Source of the DNA: an uncultured Propionivibrio sp. | Lineage (GTDB): Bacteria; Pseudomonadota; Gammaproteobacteria; Burkholderiales; Rhodocyclaceae | Direction of reading: 5' to 3' | Assembly: GCA_964484585.1 (NCBI GenBank) | Contig: CAZAGR010000001.1 | Location: 1 to 30,776, forward strand | DNA: 30,776 nt | Shown: in pieces, positions 26,124-30,776 of the stretch | How the letters are laid out: each line of letters opens with the position of its first letter | How positions within the stretch are numbered: position 1 is the first letter of the stretch | The notes under the pieces: model-generated | What the model was told of the DNA's origin: nothing | What the model saw: the letters and a program-made list of their open reading frames with translations, nothing else | Database searches by the model: none | Position numbers and translations under genes: made by a program

Positions 26124-28799
26124 ATGCTGCACATATTTCGAAAATATTGGTTCGTAGCGACGGTGGTCGGTTTCACTCTTCCCTCAGTGGCCGGACCGGT
26201 GGGAATTGCGACTGGTTCGGGACACAGCGTCGCGCTTGCGGCAAGCGGACAGCTCTATGCTTGGGGTGATGATGCGAGCGGGCAACTTGGCCTGGGTCGA
26301 GTAGTAACTGTGCCGTCGCCCCAGCGTGTCCGAAATTTGAATGCTCTGCAAGCCGACAAACAATCCGGGAATGCACGTCTGGCTTCTGGCGATTTTCACA
26401 ATCTGTTGGTGCAAGTCGACGGCAGTGTCTGGTCCTGGGGTTGGAACTTTTCCGGGCAACTGGGCAGCGGCGATACGGCAATGCGCTCAACACCCGTGCG
26501 AGTGCGAGGCTTGAGTGGAGTCATTGCCGTCGCCGCTGGACGTGATCACAGCCTGGCGCTCAAGAGCGACGGCAGCGTCTGGGCTTGGGGCAGCAATGCA
26601 TGGGGTCAGATTGGCGACGGCACGGCAAACAATAGAAGTGAGCCCGTTCGGGTTCTCGACGGAATCGTCGCCATTGCCGCAGGGTATGCCCACAGTCTCG
26701 CGGTAGGTGCGAACGGTCGAGTTCATACATGGGGCTGGAATGGCGAAGGACAGTTGGGAAACGACTCCCTGAGTGACAGCAATCGCCCCCTTATCGTGCC
26801 GGGGCTGACGGACGTGCAGTCAGTGGCAGGTGGCTTCGCGCACACACTGGCAGTGACCAAAGGTGGCCAAGTCTGGTCGTGGGGATGGAACCGTTGGGGA
26901 CAATTGGGCGACGGAACCACAACCAACCGAACGACAGCGGTCACCGTAGCCGGACTAAATTCAGTGACTTCGATAGCTGCGCCAAGCGGCGGTTGGGACG
27001 GCGGACATTCGGTGGCACTCAAGTCTGATGGCACGGTCTGGACGTGGGGCTACAACTGCTGCGGCCAACTCGGCGACAACAGCAACACTCCGCGGTCCGA
27101 AGCGAAACAAGTGGTCGGTCTGAGCGAGGTGGCGAGCCTGGCCGCAGGACATGCGCACGTGTTGGCAATCCAACGTGATGGCACGATGTGGTCTTGGGGT
27201 GACAATTGGAATGGGCAGTTGGGTGACGGGAGCACCGCCTCACACGGCGTTCCCACCCGAATGACTGGCTTGGTTCCGATGGCGGCCGTCGCGGCAGGCT
27301 ACTTTCACTCGATGACCATTGACACCAGCGGTGGCGTTTGGGCCTGGGGCAGCAACTATTACGGTGAGGTGGGTGACGGTTCACGGGTATCGCGGGCCTT
27401 GCCCGGCCCGATTCCAGGATTGTCGGATGTAGCCGCGGTTGCTGCTGGCGACGAACATACGCTGGCGGTCCGCACCGATGGCAACGTATGGGCGTGGGGC
27501 TGGAATGACTGGAGCCAGCTTGGCGATGGCGGTACTTTGGTTCAATCCATTCCTCAAACAATTGCCGGCTTGCCGGCAGTAGATCGTGTCTTTGCGGCCG
27601 GCGCGCGCAGCCTGGCCCTTGCACGGGATGGCAGCGCCTGGGCTTGGGGTAATAACGAGTACGGACAGCTCGGCGATGGCACAACGACCGGGCGCTCCCG
27701 GCCAACAGCCGTGCCGTTGCTAGCCAATGCTCGGAGTGTGGCGCTCGGACGCGATCATGGGCTTGCAATTCTTAACGGCGATCAGGTCGTCGCCTGGGGC
27801 CGTAATCAGCGTGGACAACTCGGCAATGGAAGTTCCAACGCAAGCAGTACGCCACTTGTCGTTCCCGGTCTGACAGGAGTGACTGGGCTAGCGGCCGGGC
27901 GCGATCACAGCCTGGTGTTAAAAAATGACGGTAGTGTCTGGGCCTGGGGCAGCAACGACTTTGGGCAACTCGGCGACGGCAGTACAGTAGCGAAACTCTC
28001 GCCTCAACGGGTACCCGATCTTAGCAGCGTAGTCGCGGTGTATGCCGCTCCGGGCGGCTGGGAGGGTGGTCACTCGATGGCGCTCAAGGCCGATGGCACA
28101 GTTTGGGCATGGGGATACAACCGCACCGGTCAGCTCGGTGATGGCAGCACCACTGACCGCACGAAGCCGGTTCAGGTGGCTGAACTGACCGACATGACAA
28201 TGCTGAGTCTCGGCCTGCGCCATACACTAGGCGTCAAGCGTGACGGTACATTGTGGGCGTGGGGTAATAACTGGTATGGCGAGTTAGGCGGTGGATTATT
28301 GAACCAGGCTTTAACGGCGCAACGGGTTGTCAACGAGACACTAGACGGGTTCCTTGACCTCGACCCGGCAACCGCCAATCAAATTGGCACAGCAGCGATC
28401 CCACCTTTCCTGGGCAGAGCAGAAAAGACCGGCGACCTGTCTTTGTTGAGCCTAAGCGTCGACGTGCGCGGCCTGTTTTCAGCTGCGCCCGCTCGCGCGG
28501 CCAGCCGCGCCGCGACCTATCAACTTTATGTCGGAGCGCTCGCCGGGGCGGGCGGCACATTCAACTGGTTTCAACTTGCCGCCAACAAAAACTGGAGCAA
28601 TTTGTCGTGGCCAATGGCGGAATTTCTCTCCGGCGTCGGCCTGAGTAGCAGGTTCGATTCTATCGCCGTCCAAATCCTGACCGAAGTTGATGTCTCAAGC
28701 CTCATTGGCTCGCGAATTTATGTCGGCTACGGTACCGATGCTAACGAAATGCTAAACACGGGTCGGTACCGCGAAGTCATGACAATTTCTGCGCCGTGA
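26124..28799 (+). CDS. secreted RCC1/BLIP-II-type repeat protein (14 repeats) with a C-terminal domain of unknown function
   Basis: GAGGGG RBS 7 nt before the ATG at 26124; signal-peptide-like MLHIFRKYWFVATVVGFTLPSVA; 14 copies of H(S/T)xAxxxDGxVWxWGxNxxGQLG; a non-repeat tail of about 156 aa. Confidence 0.92.
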   Translation: MLHIFRKYWFVATVVGFTLPSVAGPVGIATGSGHSVALAASGQLYAWGDDASGQLGLGRVVTVPSPQRVRNLNALQADKQSGNARLASGDFHNLLVQVDGSVWSWGWNFSGQLGSGDTAMRSTPVRVRGLSGVIAVAAGRDHSLALKSDGSVWAWGSNAWGQIGDGTANNRSEPVRVLDGIVAIAAGYAHSLAVGANGRVHTWGWNGEGQLGNDSLSDSNRPLIVPGLTDVQSVAGGFAHTLAVTKGGQVWSWGWNRWGQLGDGTTTNRTTAVTVAGLNSVTSIAAPSGGWDGGHSVALKSDGTVWTWGYNCCGQLGDNSNTPRSEAKQVVGLSEVASLAAGHAHVLAIQRDGTMWSWGDNWNGQLGDGSTASHGVPTRMTGLVPMAAVAAGYFHSMTIDTSGGVWAWGSNYYGEVGDGSRVSRALPGPIPGLSDVAAVAAGDEHTLAVRTDGNVWAWGWNDWSQLGDGGTLVQSIPQTIAGLPAVDRVFAAGARSLALARDGSAWAWGNNEYGQLGDGTTTGRSRPTAVPLLANARSVALGRDHGLAILNGDQVVAWGRNQRGQLGNGSSNASSTPLVVPGLTGVTGLAAGRDHSLVLKNDGSVWAWGSNDFGQLGDGSTVAKLSPQRVPDLSSVVAVYAAPGGWEGGHSMALKADGTVWAWGYNRTGQLGDGSTTDRTKPVQVAELTDMTMLSLGLRHTLGVKRDGTLWAWGNNWYGELGGGLLNQALTAQRVVNETLDGFLDLDPATANQIGTAAIPPFLGRAEKTGDLSLLSLSVDVRGLFSAAPARAASRAATYQLYVGALAGAGGTFNWFQLAANKNWSNLSWPMAEFLSGVGLSSRFDSIAVQILTEVDVSSLIGSRIYVGYGTDANEMLNTGRYREVMTISAP

Positions 28800-29012
28800 C
28801 GTCCCGATGTCGCCCGGTTGATTTGCGTCCAACACACACCGTATTGCCGCCGATTTGAAAGCCGACGAGGATCATTTCAGTCGTACCTGCACGCACGGTA
28901 TGCTGTATGACATAACGTACTTACAGCGACACGGCGAAAACCACGATTGAGGGCCAAGCTTTTATTTTGTGTCGTGTAGCTGTGCGCGTCGATTAAAAAT
29001 TTACTCACCGCG

Positions 29013-30665
29013 CTAACAGACACCACTCCCTGATCCGCGGCCCGTTGCGATTTGACGGGCGAGCACAATAATCGGAATCAGGCCAACGATCACAATCGCC
29101 AGCGCCGCTGTCGATGCCTCGGCAAGTCGCTCGTCCGATGCCAATGTGAATGTCTGGGTCGCCAGCGTATCAAAATTGAATGGTCGCATCACCAGCGTGG
29201 CGGGCAGTTCTTTCATGACGTCGACAAATACCAGGAGCCCTGCGGTGAGCATGCTGCCGCGCAGCAACGGCAGATGCACGCGCCGCAAGGTCTCGGCGGG
29301 GCCGCTCCCCAGGCTGCGCGCTGCCGACTCCATACTTGGCGTGATACGTGAAAACCCCGCTTCCATCGTCTGCAAGGCAATGGCCAGAAAACGTGCCAGA
29401 TAGGCATAAATCAATGCAGCAAGACTGCCGGTGAGCAGCAGGCCTGGGTTAATGCCGGAAACGTGCTCCCACCAACCGGCCAGCAGATGATCCAGGCGCG
29501 TCACCGGAATCAGGACACCGACAGCGATGACCGAACCAGGCACGGCATAGCCAAGGCCGACGATACGACGCGCCAAATCCGGCAAACGCTCGCCACGACG
29601 TGCGGTGTAGGCCAAGAGCAATGCCAATGCCGCGGCAAGTACGGCAGTAATTCCAGCCACCAGCAGACTATTGCGCGCCAGCAGAACGAATCGCGTGCCG
29701 AACTGGGCGTCGCCGGTTTCGAACGCCAGTCGCAGCAGCAGTCCGCCAGGTATAAGGAAGCCCACAAGAATCGGAATCAAGCACGCAACTTGTGCCATTC
29801 GCGCACGCAGGCCGACCAGCGGCCGTCGACGGTTGCGTTGCTGACTCGCACTGCCGTGGTAGCGGGCGCGCCCGCGACTGGTCTGCTCTACGGCGAGCAG
29901 CAAGACAACGAAACCGAGCAGACAGGCGGCGAGTTGCGCTGCCGCAACCCGGTCGCCGAGCGAGAACCAGGCGCGGTAAATACCGGTGGTAAATGTTGCC
30001 ACAGCGAAATAGGCCACCGTGCCGTAATCGGCCAGGGTCTCCATCAGCGCCAAAGCCACTCCCGCGGCGATAGCCGGTCGCGCCATCGGCAAAATCACCC
30101 GCCAGAACGCCTGTCCTGGCGACAAGCCGAGCACCCTTGCCGCTTCGGCCATGCTGCCCGCCCGCTCCAGAAACGCCGTGCGCACCAGCAGATATACGTA
30201 GGGATAAAGTACGCTGGCAAACAGAACAATGGCGCCGCCGAGGCTGCGCACATCGGGGAACCAATAATCACCCTTGCTCCAGCCAAAAGTCTCGCGCAAG
30301 GCGCTTTGAATAGGCCCGACGAACTGCAGAAAATCGGTATAGGCGTACGCCAATACGTAGGCCGGCATGGCGAGTGGCAACAGCAATGCCCACTCAGCCA
30401 CACGGCGACCCGGGAAATCATGCAGCGTAACGAGCCATGCCGCACCGGTGCCCATGGCGGCGACGCCGATCCCGACGCCCACGCACAGCCAAAGGGAATT
30501 CAAAACATAGTCGCCCAGCACCGTCTGGCTCAAATGTCGCCAGGTATCGCTGGTTCCACCCGTGAACAGGTTCATGCCGACCGCCAGCACCGGCAACGCC
30601 ACCAGAAAGGCCAGCGCGAGTGCGGAAATGCTCAGGGGCGAGAAGGAGGAATGGACGCGCGACAC
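29013..30665 (-). CDS. fbpB: Fe(III) ABC transporter permease (FbpB/FutB family)
   Basis: LPLAMPAYVLAYAY, LYPYVYL, EAARVLG (EAA loop), METLADYG, GYAVPGSV, ESAARSLG and DVMKELPATLVMRPFNFDTLA. Confidence 0.94.
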   Translation of the reverse strand: MSRVHSSFSPLSISALALAFLVALPVLAVGMNLFTGGTSDTWRHLSQTVLGDYVLNSLWLCVGVGIGVAAMGTGAAWLVTLHDFPGRRVAEWALLLPLAMPAYVLAYAYTDFLQFVGPIQSALRETFGWSKGDYWFPDVRSLGGAIVLFASVLYPYVYLLVRTAFLERAGSMAEAARVLGLSPGQAFWRVILPMARPAIAAGVALALMETLADYGTVAYFAVATFTTGIYRAWFSLGDRVAAAQLAACLLGFVVLLLAVEQTSRGRARYHGSASQQRNRRRPLVGLRARMAQVACLIPILVGFLIPGGLLLRLAFETGDAQFGTRFVLLARNSLLVAGITAVLAAALALLLAYTARRGERLPDLARRIVGLGYAVPGSVIAVGVLIPVTRLDHLLAGWWEHVSGINPGLLLTGSLAALIYAYLARFLAIALQTMEAGFSRITPSMESAARSLGSGPAETLRRVHLPLLRGSMLTAGLLVFVDVMKELPATLVMRPFNFDTLATQTFTLASDERLAEASTAALAIVIVGLIPIIVLARQIATGRGSGSGVC

Positions 30666-30757
30666 TCGAAGGTGGCAGTAACTATGGCGATCAACATAAG
30701 AGGCAACGGAACAGTCAAGGTAACAGCGAACGTAGCAGCCAACGCAACAGCAGCGTG

Positions 30758-30776
30758 ATTATAATTGAGAGTCACT
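30758..30776 (-). promoter_or_regulatory. probable -10 box and partial Fur-box-like site for the permease gene
   Basis: The minus strand reads AGTGACTCTCAAT-TATAAT, echoing TCTCAA-TACAAT at the fbpA promoter. The site is cut off by the window end. Confidence 0.5.

Noticed and set aside
26200-28320. Recurrent ~150-bp DNA periodicity as a possible CRISPR or mobile repeat array
   Set aside because: It is fully explained by in-frame RCC1 protein repeats with synonymous divergence; there are no identical repeats with unique spacers and no cas genes.
29463-30758. 431-aa plus-strand ORF
   Set aside because: It is the antisense shadow of the well-supported permease, has no recognisable motifs, and is typical of GC-rich DNA.
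1-30776. Prophage, integron, IS element, defence system, tRNA/rRNA or riboswitch
   Set aside because: I recognised no integrase, transposase, structural phage, cas, restriction-modification or structured RNA signature by eye. A covariance-model scan would be needed to exclude small RNAs.

Overview
A GC-rich (roughly 60% by eye) bacterial chromosomal segment. The gene set and protein style suggest a betaproteobacterium, perhaps Rhodocyclales-like; this is inference only. There is no integrase, transposase, tRNA/rRNA or CRISPR array. In order, the genes are: a 5'-truncated CoxE-like vWA protein, a small hypothetical, a Tat-exported FecR-domain protein, a PhaF/PhaI-type phasin, an orphan GspE/PilB ATPase, a Cys-repeat secreted protein, htpG with a clear sigma32 promoter, a KefB/KefC K+ efflux protein, a frameshifted outer-membrane transporter pseudogene, an MCP, a porin + small periplasmic protein + PAS/GGDEF cyclase cluster, a CbbO/NorD-type vWA protein, a deoxyinosine glycosylase, an FAD oxidase, a DUF2721-like protein, a CbbQ/NorQ ATPase, bepA, moaC, greB, an Fe(III) ABC binding protein, a patatin-like protein, a 14-repeat secreted RCC1 protein and an Fe(III) ABC permease. 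The most striking unexplained signal is a sharply bounded, non-palindromic 25-bp motif, CGCCGT-NN-CGC-YR-K-CGCCGACTTTT, with 20 invariant positions. It occurs six times across the window: four copies between genes and two inside unrelated coding sequences in different reading frames. It looks like a genome-wide sequence signal (uptake-sequence-like, architectural or regulatory) that I cannot match to any element I know. All searches were done by eye, and the family assignments come from recognised motifs, not from database runs.
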